This document shows, in pieces, positions 1 through 8,321 of a stretch of DNA of 64,000 nt (positions are counted from its first letter, which is position 1; every line of letters starts with the position of its first letter). The notes under the pieces are model-generated. The model made no database searches, had not been told where the DNA came from, and saw only the letters and a program-made list of their open reading frames with translations. A program made the position numbers and the translations under genes. Origin of the DNA: a virus (lineage: Duplodnaviria > Caudoviricetes); the IMG/VR virus record IMGVR_UViG_3300023178_000006, one strand, 5' to 3'.

Positions 1-2
1 AT

Positions 3-548
3 CTTTCTGGAGATTTAGCGAAAACAGTAGGACAAGTTGCAGGACAAATTGTTAACCCACAAGCTACACTAGCATTCGAAGGTGTTAACTTAAGAGAATT
101 TAGTTTTGAATGGGATTTATTTCCATCAAACGCAGCAGATACAGAACAGATAACAAACATTGTAAACTTCTTAAAATCTAAGATGTTACCAACAACATCA
201 GAAGTTTTAGAGTTAGAGAGTTTGAGTAAAGCGATTCTAAAATATCCGTCAATTGTTGAACCTAGTTTATTAGGTGTACAAGAAAGACACTTCCCAAGAT
301 TTAAGAGATGTATGATTGATAATGTTACAGTTGATTATACAGGTGGTGGTGCCAAGGTTGGTATTATTAAAGGTGGTGTACCTGCATCGGTAACTTTATC
401 AATATCATTTAGAGAACTTACAATTCAAACTGCAGAAGATTACGCTACATTATTACCACAACCCGAAGCAGTGGGTTCGCCAGATACCGGTGAATCCGCA
501 GAACAAAACCCACTTCGAGGAGCGGGTGGGCCTATAGCCGGCCTATAG
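3..548 (+). CDS. gp48: Baseplate tail-tube cap gp48-like, 5'-truncated by the window edge
   Basis: The frame is open from base 3 into the tracked ORF at 183. It reads GQIVNPQATLAFEGVNLREFSFEWDLFPSN...KMLP...YP...FKRCMIDNVTVDYT, which fits T4-like gp48 motifs, and lies directly upstream of gp53. Confidence 0.75.
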   Translation, partial: LSGDLAKTVGQVAGQIVNPQATLAFEGVNLREFSFEWDLFPSNAADTEQITNIVNFLKSKMLPTTSEVLELESLSKAILKYPSIVEPSLLGVQERHFPRFKRCMIDNVTVDYTGGGAKVGIIKGGVPASVTLSISFRELTIQTAEDYATLLPQPEAVGSPDTGESAEQNPLRGAGGPIAGL

Positions 549-550
549 CC
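529..550. repeat. 11-bp perfect tandem duplication GGCCTATAGCC x2 spanning the gp48 stop codon
   Basis: 529-539 and 540-550 are identical. Confidence 0.9.
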
Positions 551-564
551 TAACGGAGAAATAA

Positions 565-939
565 ATGAAATATTTTGAAAATTTTCCAGTAATAGAATAT
601 CAAGGTCGTAGAGTTAGAGACATTACTCGACGTACTGCATTTAAAAGAGCTATTGCAAATAATCCATATCTCTATTATCCTTATACAGTAAAAGAAGGTG
701 AACGCGCAGAAGACGTTGCAAGATTCTATTATGGTTCAGTAGATTATGTTTGGTTGGTGTATCTATCAAATAATATTATTGACCCATATCACGAATGGCC
801 TATGGACCCACAAACATTTAATAATTATCTTGTCGAAAAATATTCAGAACAATCTGGTGAGGTTGGTGAAGATGTTATTGACTGGACAAGAGACCCAGAT
901 AACGACGAAAATATTTTATATTACGTAAGGAAAGTATAA
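565..939 (+). CDS. gp53: Baseplate wedge gp53, N-terminal part (LysM-like motif)
   Basis: MKYFENFPVIEY start and YTVKEGERAEDVARFYYGSVDYVWLVYLSNNIIDPYHEWPM are typical of gp53. Confidence 0.85.
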   Translation: MKYFENFPVIEYQGRRVRDITRRTAFKRAIANNPYLYYPYTVKEGERAEDVARFYYGSVDYVWLVYLSNNIIDPYHEWPMDPQTFNNYLVEKYSEQSGEVGEDVIDWTRDPDNDENILYYVRKV

Positions 940-1196
940 TGGCAGTTGATGAAATTATTTTAGCACCCGAATCATTTAGAACGATTTATCTTCGTAGAGA
1001 AGACCGTGTTATTATGCGTACAGAACAAGGTCGTAAGATTATTATTAAACGTATTATCCCTGAAGAATGGGTTCCTTATCGTATCTTTGATTTCGAAACT
1101 ACAATAAATGAAAACAAAAAAGAGATTTACTTATTTGATAACAAGTATCTAGGCCAAATTACAAGAGAATTTAGACAAAACTTGAGTACTGAATAA
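939..1196 (+). CDS. Probable gp53 C-terminal part encoded as a separate ORF
   Basis: It ends ...FDFETTINENKKEIYLFDNKYLGQITREF, resembling the gp53 C-terminal E-x-x-x-N-E-x-K-R-x-I motif. There is a TAATG overlap with the upstream ORF and AAGGA at 927-931. Confidence 0.65.
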   Translation: MAVDEIILAPESFRTIYLRREDRVIMRTEQGRKIIIKRIIPEEWVPYRIFDFETTINENKKEIYLFDNKYLGQITREFRQNLSTE

Positions 1197-1198
1197 TT

Positions 1199-2629
1199 AT
1201 GACAGTAACGGCGTCCAATTTTAATCCTTCAAATTGTGAGATAACCAAAGCAACTGTTACACCTTATGGTCAAGAAGCTGCTGTTGGTATTGATATCTCA
1301 GCTACCATTTATGCATGGCACGTTGAACATGGTATATCTACTGTGTCATTGTCTGGTAGTATTAGTGTTTTAGATAATGAAGGATTTTTAGAAGAATTGC
1401 CGTTAAGAGGAGAAGAAACTCTTGAACTAGAATTTAAAGGTGAAGACCTGAACGTAACAAGAAGAATTACAGCTCAAGTTCATAAGATTGATAATGTAAA
1501 TTCTAGTCTTTCAAACAAAGGTGTAACATACACATTACACTGGGTAAGTAAACCAAGCTGGGATGGATTTACAAGAAGTCTTATTAAATCTTATAAACAG
1601 AAAAAAGTATCGTCTATTGTAAAAGATATTTTCGACAAATATATTTTAAAAACAAAAGAATATACTACTGCGCGACAAGGCGAAACATTTCCAGAGAATA
1701 CTGAAAAGTATGATTTATCAGGTGCTGACAACGTAGGTAGGAAACTCTATATTCAAACAACTGATGGTAACATAGATGTTATTATACCAGATTATATGCC
1801 AACAGAAGCGATATCGTTTGTGTTAAAAAGAGCGCACAATAACACCACAACCACTTCTTCTTCATATCGTTTTTTTGAAAGATGGGATGGATTCTATTGT
1901 GTTAGTGATGAATGGTTATATGAACACTTTGCCAAACTTTCAAATAAACGTACTAGAAAAATGAATTTCTCAGCTGATGTTGATATGGATGCAACAAGCG
2001 CAGAAGAACAAATTAAAGCATTAACTAGTTTTACAAATAATACTAGAGCAAACCCCGCAAAAGAATTAGTTAATGGTGCTTATAAAAATACGATTGTAGA
2101 AATAGATTTATTGAAACATCACGCAAGAAGATACAACTACACATATAACGAAGGAAAGAATAAATTTACAGATGTAACTGGTAATAAGAGTAGTTGGGAA
2201 TCAGATATTCATACTAAAAAGTATGCTGATGATACATTTACAAACGAGAACGCAAAACAATTTATGATTATAAGAGATTACAGAGATTTTGATGATGGAA
2301 AAAGTTTTACGGGCGAAAGACATTTTAGAGATGTTGTTGCAAGAAGAATTATGTACTTAAATCATATGCACTCAACATCTGTATCTGCATCAACAGACGG
2401 AAGACTCGATATTAATGCGGGTGACGTAATTAATGTTGATGTTATGGAATTAAACCAGAGTTCAAATCAAAGTGAGAAGAACCCACAATTAAGTGGAAAT
2501 TATTTAGTGACCCATGTAATTAATTCGTGTGAAAAAGATATGCTGAAAACTGAATTAACCTTATTTAAGTATGGTTGGTCTGGTGCAGGCTCAGATTCAC
2601 GAAGTGGAAGAATGGGCGGGATGGCATAA
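1199..2629 (+). CDS. Baseplate hub protein (gp27/VgrG-N-like, inferred)
   Basis: It lies between gp53 and gp5. SGSISVLDNEGFLEELPLRGEETLELEF at the N-terminus and GDVINV...LSGNYLVTHVIN at the C-terminus are typical of phage hub proteins. Confidence 0.6.
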   Translation: MTVTASNFNPSNCEITKATVTPYGQEAAVGIDISATIYAWHVEHGISTVSLSGSISVLDNEGFLEELPLRGEETLELEFKGEDLNVTRRITAQVHKIDNVNSSLSNKGVTYTLHWVSKPSWDGFTRSLIKSYKQKKVSSIVKDIFDKYILKTKEYTTARQGETFPENTEKYDLSGADNVGRKLYIQTTDGNIDVIIPDYMPTEAISFVLKRAHNNTTTTSSSYRFFERWDGFYCVSDEWLYEHFAKLSNKRTRKMNFSADVDMDATSAEEQIKALTSFTNNTRANPAKELVNGAYKNTIVEIDLLKHHARRYNYTYNEGKNKFTDVTGNKSSWESDIHTKKYADDTFTNENAKQFMIIRDYRDFDDGKSFTGERHFRDVVARRIMYLNHMHSTSVSASTDGRLDINAGDVINVDVMELNQSSNQSEKNPQLSGNYLVTHVINSCEKDMLKTELTLFKYGWSGAGSDSRSGRMGGMA

Positions 2630-4455
2630 TGAGAGGAATGGGAATATCAAATCCGTTATTTTTTGTCGGAGTAGTTGAAGATAATAACGACCCAAGTTTT
2701 CAAGGTCGTGTAAGAGTACGTGCTTTTGGTGTACATGGAACACATTCAGAAGTTCCCGTACAAAGTTTACCTTGGGCAATGTGTGTTAGTGGTGCGTATA
2801 CAGCAGACGACCCTTTACCACCTTTAAACTCTTTCGTATTTGGAATGTTTTTAGATGGTGATGAAGCACAGAACCCATTAATATTAGGAATGATTCCTAC
2901 TCAATACTATGAGGCAATGAATCCTAACTTAGATGGTTATGGTGTAATTCCAGATAAAGATGGTGATATCCTCGCAAAAGGTTTTACACCTGAAGATATT
3001 GGAGAACACCAAAGGTCAAAAGTTGGAAGAGCCGAACGTATTGATAATACTTTCCATAATCAAATTAGTACTAACGCACTTCAAAATCAAAAAGTTGGTG
3101 GAACAGAAGATACATGGGACCAACCTTCTTCTGCATACTCAGCAAAATATCCTTATAATAGAGTAATCGAAACAGCAAGACATACAATTGAATTAGATGA
3201 TACACCTGGTGGTGAGCGTATTTCAATACATCATACTTCAGGTTCATTTATTCAAATTGATGCTAAGGGTACAACAACCGAAAGAGCTGAGGGTGACAGA
3301 TACGAAATTAATATTGGAACAAAACACGAATCTTCTGGACATAGTGTTGTAACAGTTAATGGTAATGCTCATGTCTATGTGAAAGGTAACAAGACAGAAG
3401 AAATCATGGGCAACTATAAGTTGATGGTTCATGGTAACTCTGAGTTTAACACTGGACAGAGTTCATTCGTACATGCTGGAAACAGTTTACAAATGAGAGG
3501 TGGTAATCTTAAACTTGAAGCGAATGCAGATATCTTAACAATATTTGGTAAAGAAGAAGTTCAGATTGAAGCAGAAAAACAAATTAATAGTGTATCAGCT
3601 AATATTAAAAATACTGCATTAATGAACTATGATTGTTATGCAAATAAGAATATTAAATTTACTACACTAATGGATTTCCACGCTCAAGCTTCAAATATGG
3701 TATTGACTGCGACGGGTTTAATTCCAAGTAGTCCACTTTCGGGTACAATACCTCTTGCAACAGGATTTAGTTTAACAACTCCTCAAGTATCAATATTATC
3801 AGCATTCGGAAGCTTCTCAGGTATCTGGAATGCCGCAACACTCAATGGTGGTATTGTATCAGGTACAACAGGAAACTTTGCAACCTGTAATGCTACAATC
3901 CTCGCAGCACCTCCACCTATTAGTGCCGCACCAGGAAGTCCATGTGCACCAGGACCTGGAAGATTAACAACCCCAGCAGCAATGCCGACTCTTCCTGTAC
4001 TTACACCTCCATCACAGAGTTTATTAGTAGTACCTCCACTTAATGTTGGTATATCTTCTGGATATGCTTATCCATCACCAAATGGAGATATTGCAGCTTT
4101 CTTTTCAGGTGTATTAACATCACCTTTCGCAGCATTAGGTATTCCTAACCCATTGGGAATTGGTGGTTATGGTATAAGTAGAGTACAAGCACCTGAACCA
4201 GTAAGTGCAGCAACATCAATTGTTGAAGGTGGATACTTTAATACTGGAAGTGCAGGTGGTTGGTCATCTCCTCCCGCGGATACCGCGAAGAATGATGGTC
4301 AAACATATCCATTATTTGGTGCTATAACAAGCGCATTTGAAAATATATTTGGAGGAAACGAAGAAGAACCAGTAGCCGCAGGATTTGATGCTAATGGTGC
4401 TATCATCGTAACTCAACCAGAATATGATGCAAACGGACAAATCATAGAGAGTTAA
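2629..4455 (+). CDS. gp5: Baseplate central spike gp5 (OB-fold and beta-helix, no lysozyme domain evident)
   Basis: FFVGVVEDNNDPSFQGRVRVRAFGVH...LPWA is the OB domain, and YPYNRVIET...HTIELDDTPGGERI...H.SGSFIQID is the gp5 C-region. The start is placed at ATG 2629 (TAATG overlap) rather than 2575. Confidence 0.9.
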   Translation: MRGMGISNPLFFVGVVEDNNDPSFQGRVRVRAFGVHGTHSEVPVQSLPWAMCVSGAYTADDPLPPLNSFVFGMFLDGDEAQNPLILGMIPTQYYEAMNPNLDGYGVIPDKDGDILAKGFTPEDIGEHQRSKVGRAERIDNTFHNQISTNALQNQKVGGTEDTWDQPSSAYSAKYPYNRVIETARHTIELDDTPGGERISIHHTSGSFIQIDAKGTTTERAEGDRYEINIGTKHESSGHSVVTVNGNAHVYVKGNKTEEIMGNYKLMVHGNSEFNTGQSSFVHAGNSLQMRGGNLKLEANADILTIFGKEEVQIEAEKQINSVSANIKNTALMNYDCYANKNIKFTTLMDFHAQASNMVLTATGLIPSSPLSGTIPLATGFSLTTPQVSILSAFGSFSGIWNAATLNGGIVSGTTGNFATCNATILAAPPPISAAPGSPCAPGPGRLTTPAAMPTLPVLTPPSQSLLVVPPLNVGISSGYAYPSPNGDIAAFFSGVLTSPFAALGIPNPLGIGGYGISRVQAPEPVSAATSIVEGGYFNTGSAGGWSSPPADTAKNDGQTYPLFGAITSAFENIFGGNEEEPVAAGFDANGAIIVTQPEYDANGQIIES

Positions 4456-4456
4456 T

Positions 4457-6010
4457 ATGGCTAGTAAGTGTATTGATTATTCAGACCAAACAGTAAGAAA
4501 CCAATTAGCATTAAGCGCTGGTCCTACTGTAAATGCTGATGGGTCTTTCACAGTCAATCAGATTGATGTATGGTCAAAAGAACTCGCAGAAAATATTTTA
4601 CAAGAAGCTGAGAATAATCCAGTTCAAATTGCTGTTAATAGATATGGTTCAGGATTCTACGATGCAGTTAATTATTTAAATGGTGAATTTCGTAATCGAG
4701 TAAGAGATGGATTAGATGGGTTTGATGATTTAGCAAGACGTTGGGAAAAAGGAGATATTACAAGTCTCGAAGCAGCGGACTTTATGAATGTTTCAAACTA
4801 TACACCTGATGGAATTCAATCTCAGAGAGATTACGTAAAACTTACTCGAAATCTTGATGCGTATTATAAGGATTCATTTGCTCAAAGTATTATGGGTGGA
4901 TTCTGTCAATCCATGGAAAATATATTTGCAAATATTGACCAGTTCTATGAGTTGATTGGAGTCATTGATGGATACATTAAAGATGCAGCAGCACTTCTAG
5001 AAAAGATTCGTAATTTTGATGGAATATCTGCAGTCGCAGTTCAAGCTGCTATTACAGCATTAATTAAGAAGATTAAAGATGAGATTGTAAAAGTTGTTGA
5101 TGAGATTATTCAAGAGATTGAAGATGCTATATCGAACTTTGACATTTCAAATCTTATTGATGAAATTCAAGATGGTCATACAAAAAGTGTTAAAGCAATC
5201 ATGACCGCAAAGGAACAAATGTGCGCAGCATTTACAGAAGAAAATAAAAAGTCAGTAAGAGATAAAGCAAAAGGATTAATTGATTATGCAGTAAGTCTTT
5301 TTGAAAGTCCAAATATTGAACAAATCCAGTTTATGGTTTATAGATTCTGTGCGTTAGCTACAAACATTGAATTATTATTTAAAGAACTCAAACAACCTCT
5401 CGATGATTATGGATTTAGATATAGACGTATTACACAAAGATTAAGTGCTATTTCGAATGTCAACACATCAACTGCTATTCGAAATGGAGCAATAAGATTT
5501 TCTCCAGAAAAACGAGAAGAAACGATAAATAGTTTAAGAGCGCTGTGGGACGGTGAAGGTGGTGAAAGAATTACACCAAGCGGTGAAGAACCTATTACTG
5601 TTAAACCAATTAAAGCCGAAGAATACCAGAACTTACCACACTGTGGAGCTGTATTTTCAGGTAAACACGAATGGTTAAGTGTTAAGGGCGATTCTTTTGA
5701 TGAAAAAGAAGGTATAGGTATAAGAGCTTATACAAGAGTTGACCTTGACGTTAAAGTATATTTAGCAAGAATTCGTGAAGATATTGGTGGAGAGTATGTC
5801 ATAACTGATGGCTGGGTCAGTAAAAAATGGAATGATAAACAAGAAAATGACTCAGATAACACACACTTGAGTGGTTTGGTTATAGATATAGAAAGAACAG
5901 CAGATTTAGACATAGATACATTTACTGAAGCAGCTTATAAAGCCGGGTTTAAAAATGTAGTTGCATATGAAAAGCATATACATTTAGACATAAGGGAATT
6001 ACCTCGATGA
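4457..6010 (+). CDS. Helical protein with C-terminal peptidase M15-like (Hedgehog/DD-peptidase fold) domain
   Basis: The C-terminus YVITDGWVS...NTHLSGLVIDI...AGFKNVVAYEKHIHLDIR contains H-x6-D (codons 5864, 5885) and HxD (5981), as in M15 Zn peptidases. Confidence 0.65.
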   Translation: MASKCIDYSDQTVRNQLALSAGPTVNADGSFTVNQIDVWSKELAENILQEAENNPVQIAVNRYGSGFYDAVNYLNGEFRNRVRDGLDGFDDLARRWEKGDITSLEAADFMNVSNYTPDGIQSQRDYVKLTRNLDAYYKDSFAQSIMGGFCQSMENIFANIDQFYELIGVIDGYIKDAAALLEKIRNFDGISAVAVQAAITALIKKIKDEIVKVVDEIIQEIEDAISNFDISNLIDEIQDGHTKSVKAIMTAKEQMCAAFTEENKKSVRDKAKGLIDYAVSLFESPNIEQIQFMVYRFCALATNIELLFKELKQPLDDYGFRYRRITQRLSAISNVNTSTAIRNGAIRFSPEKREETINSLRALWDGEGGERITPSGEEPITVKPIKAEEYQNLPHCGAVFSGKHEWLSVKGDSFDEKEGIGIRAYTRVDLDVKVYLARIREDIGGEYVITDGWVSKKWNDKQENDSDNTHLSGLVIDIERTADLDIDTFTEAAYKAGFKNVVAYEKHIHLDIRELPR

Positions 6011-6423
6011 CAATCGATATAAAAACACCTGTTAGTAAAAAACAGAATTTATATTCAGACCTGAAAAAGGATTTGACGATTAGTCCTATCTCTAAAGACC
6101 TCGCTTTATTAAAAGACGAAGATTCAGTAAAAGAATCAATTAAAAATTTAGTACTAACAGACCCAGGCGAAAGATTGATGCAACCATTTATCGGTGGTGG
6201 TATCAGAGGTTTATTATTCGAAAACCTTACACCTGGTACATTAAAACTCATTGAAAGCAGAGTTAAGACAACGATTAACACATATGAACCAAGAGCTGAA
6301 ATCATTAGTGTTACAGCATCTGCTAAAGATAATGACAACACAGTAAATGTAGTTGTAGTATTCTATGTAAGAAATTCAGAAATTCCAGTAACGTTGGATT
6401 TAATATTAACAAGGGTAAGATAA
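6007..6423 (+). CDS. gp25: Baseplate wedge subunit gp25
   Basis: YSDL...D..SVKESIKNLVLTDPGERLMQPFIGGGIRGLLFE...TINTYEPRA. Confidence 0.92.
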   Translation: MTIDIKTPVSKKQNLYSDLKKDLTISPISKDLALLKDEDSVKESIKNLVLTDPGERLMQPFIGGGIRGLLFENLTPGTLKLIESRVKTTINTYEPRAEIISVTASAKDNDNTVNVVVVFYVRNSEIPVTLDLILTRVR

Positions 6424-6424
6424 G

Positions 6425-8302
6425 ATGGCCAAATCAGTAAAAACACCTATAACAGAATTGGATTTCGATTCAATTAAAACGCAGTTGAGGACTCACCTCA
6501 GCACACAGACTCAATTTAAAGATTATAACTTTGAAGGTTCAAACATGAGTGCACTACTCGATGTACTAGCATTCAATACCTTCCAAAATAATTTCTATAC
6601 AAACATGGCACTCAATGAGATGTTCTTAGATTCGGCCGTCCTAAAGAACTCAATTGTTTCCCATGCTAAAGAATTAAATTATATTCCAAGGTCTCGTAAA
6701 TCTGCTCGAGCAAGAGTTAATGTTACTATCACAGATGAATTTGAAACAGCATCTACAATTACCATTCCTACATATTCAAATTTTAGTTCAAACTATCAAG
6801 GTGAATTATTTAACTTCGTAACTAATGAAACATATGTTGCAAGACGTACAGCACCTGGTGTTTATGTCGCAGAAAATGTAGAATTGTTTGAAGGTCAAAT
6901 GCTTTCAAGTTTCCAAAGAGAAGGATTCATCGTTGATGAAGATGGAGTATTACGTGTTCAATTAACAAACAATGAAGTTGATACTGATTCACTCGTTGTA
7001 TTCGTTGACGCAGAAGCAACTGAAGACCAAAATGTATTTACAAGAGCGAATACAATTTATGGAGTTAAATCAGACGATAAAGTATTTTATTTAGAACCTT
7101 ATCTCGATGATAGGTATGCTATTTACTTTGGTAAAAACGAATTTGGTTTACAACCCGAAGAGTTCGAAGATGTACGTGTAAGATATCGTATTTGTTCGGG
7201 TGTTGAAGCCAATGGTGCAAATACTTTCTCAGCATCTTTTATTGATGGTGCAACAATTAGTGTTGAAACAATATCAGCAGCAACAGGTGGTGAAGAAAGA
7301 GAATCAATGGAATCTATTCGTTACTTTGCTCCTAAAGCATTACAAATTCAAGAACGCGCAGTAACAAATAATGATTACGAAGTTTTATTACAACAAGCAT
7401 TCCCAGAAATTACAGCGGTTTCTGCTTATGGTGGTGAACAACTTGAACCACCTCAATTTGGTAAGGTTGCAATCTCTGTTTATATTTCAGACAACACTAC
7501 ATTAATTTCTTCAACAGCAGCTAATGCTTATATTAAATATCTTTCAGATAAGAGTCCTTTAGGTATTGAACCTTTCTTTGTTCAAACAGAATTCGTATAT
7601 GCAGACATTGTTGTTGATGCAACATATAGTAATAAAGCAACAGACAAGAGTTCAGCAGAACTTGAAGCATTAATACGTAGTACAATTCAAACATATTCAG
7701 ACGATAAACTTGAAAACTTTAATAGAACATTTAGAGAATCTCAGTTGTCTGGATTGATTGATAGTGCTGATGAAGGTATACAATCAAACGATATTACAGT
7801 AATGCCTATTATTGAATACGCACCTGCAGTTAACGTTAAAACAGCACCTTCATTTAAATTTGAAGCAGAGCTTATTAAACCATATCCTTTCAGAAGTGCG
7901 AATGGATTTACAGATTACAAACCTGCTATCAAATCAAGTTCATTTGATATTTTAGGTGTATGTGTTTATTTACAAGATGATGGTATTGGAAATATGATGA
8001 CAGTTACAGATGACGCAACCAACCCTCAGATTGTAAACCCAACCGCAGGAACAGTTGATTATACAACGGGTGAAGTAAAACTTACAAACTTTACAGTAGA
8101 ATCATATCCTGGTAGCGCAATTAAGATTATGGCAAGAATGAAGAACGCAGATATTAAAGCACCACAAGGACGTGTGTTTATATTAAGAGATAATGATGTC
8201 GTAGTGAATATGACATTAGAAGAAAGAATATCACCAAGTACAGTAACTTCATCATCGACTATCGGTACACTGAGTACCGTAAGTAGTGGTGGAAGCTATT
8301 AA
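6425..8302 (+). CDS. gp6: Baseplate wedge subunit gp6
   Basis: ITELDFDSIK...FKDYNFEGSNMSALLDVLAFNT...ANEMFLDSA-like segment, plus QERAVT..DYE and AYGGE...PPQFGKV. Confidence 0.95.
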   Translation: MAKSVKTPITELDFDSIKTQLRTHLSTQTQFKDYNFEGSNMSALLDVLAFNTFQNNFYTNMALNEMFLDSAVLKNSIVSHAKELNYIPRSRKSARARVNVTITDEFETASTITIPTYSNFSSNYQGELFNFVTNETYVARRTAPGVYVAENVELFEGQMLSSFQREGFIVDEDGVLRVQLTNNEVDTDSLVVFVDAEATEDQNVFTRANTIYGVKSDDKVFYLEPYLDDRYAIYFGKNEFGLQPEEFEDVRVRYRICSGVEANGANTFSASFIDGATISVETISAATGGEERESMESIRYFAPKALQIQERAVTNNDYEVLLQQAFPEITAVSAYGGEQLEPPQFGKVAISVYISDNTTLISSTAANAYIKYLSDKSPLGIEPFFVQTEFVYADIVVDATYSNKATDKSSAELEALIRSTIQTYSDDKLENFNRTFRESQLSGLIDSADEGIQSNDITVMPIIEYAPAVNVKTAPSFKFEAELIKPYPFRSANGFTDYKPAIKSSSFDILGVCVYLQDDGIGNMMTVTDDATNPQIVNPTAGTVDYTTGEVKLTNFTVESYPGSAIKIMARMKNADIKAPQGRVFILRDNDVVVNMTLEERISPSTVTSSSTIGTLSTVSSGGSY

Positions 8303-8321
8303 TTAAAAAGAGAAAGTACTA

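Noticed and set aside
2575-2628. Longer ORF-track starts at 2575 (gp5), 47887 and 60198
   Set aside because: Downstream ATGs (2629, 47896, 60216) give better coupling or RBS spacing and family-typical N-termini.
5949-6341. 130-aa antisense ORF over gp25, plus other short antisense or out-of-frame ORFs throughout (e.g. 63188-63565, 42914-43327)
   Set aside because: They lie almost entirely within well-supported + strand genes and have no recognisable motifs or dedicated promoters.
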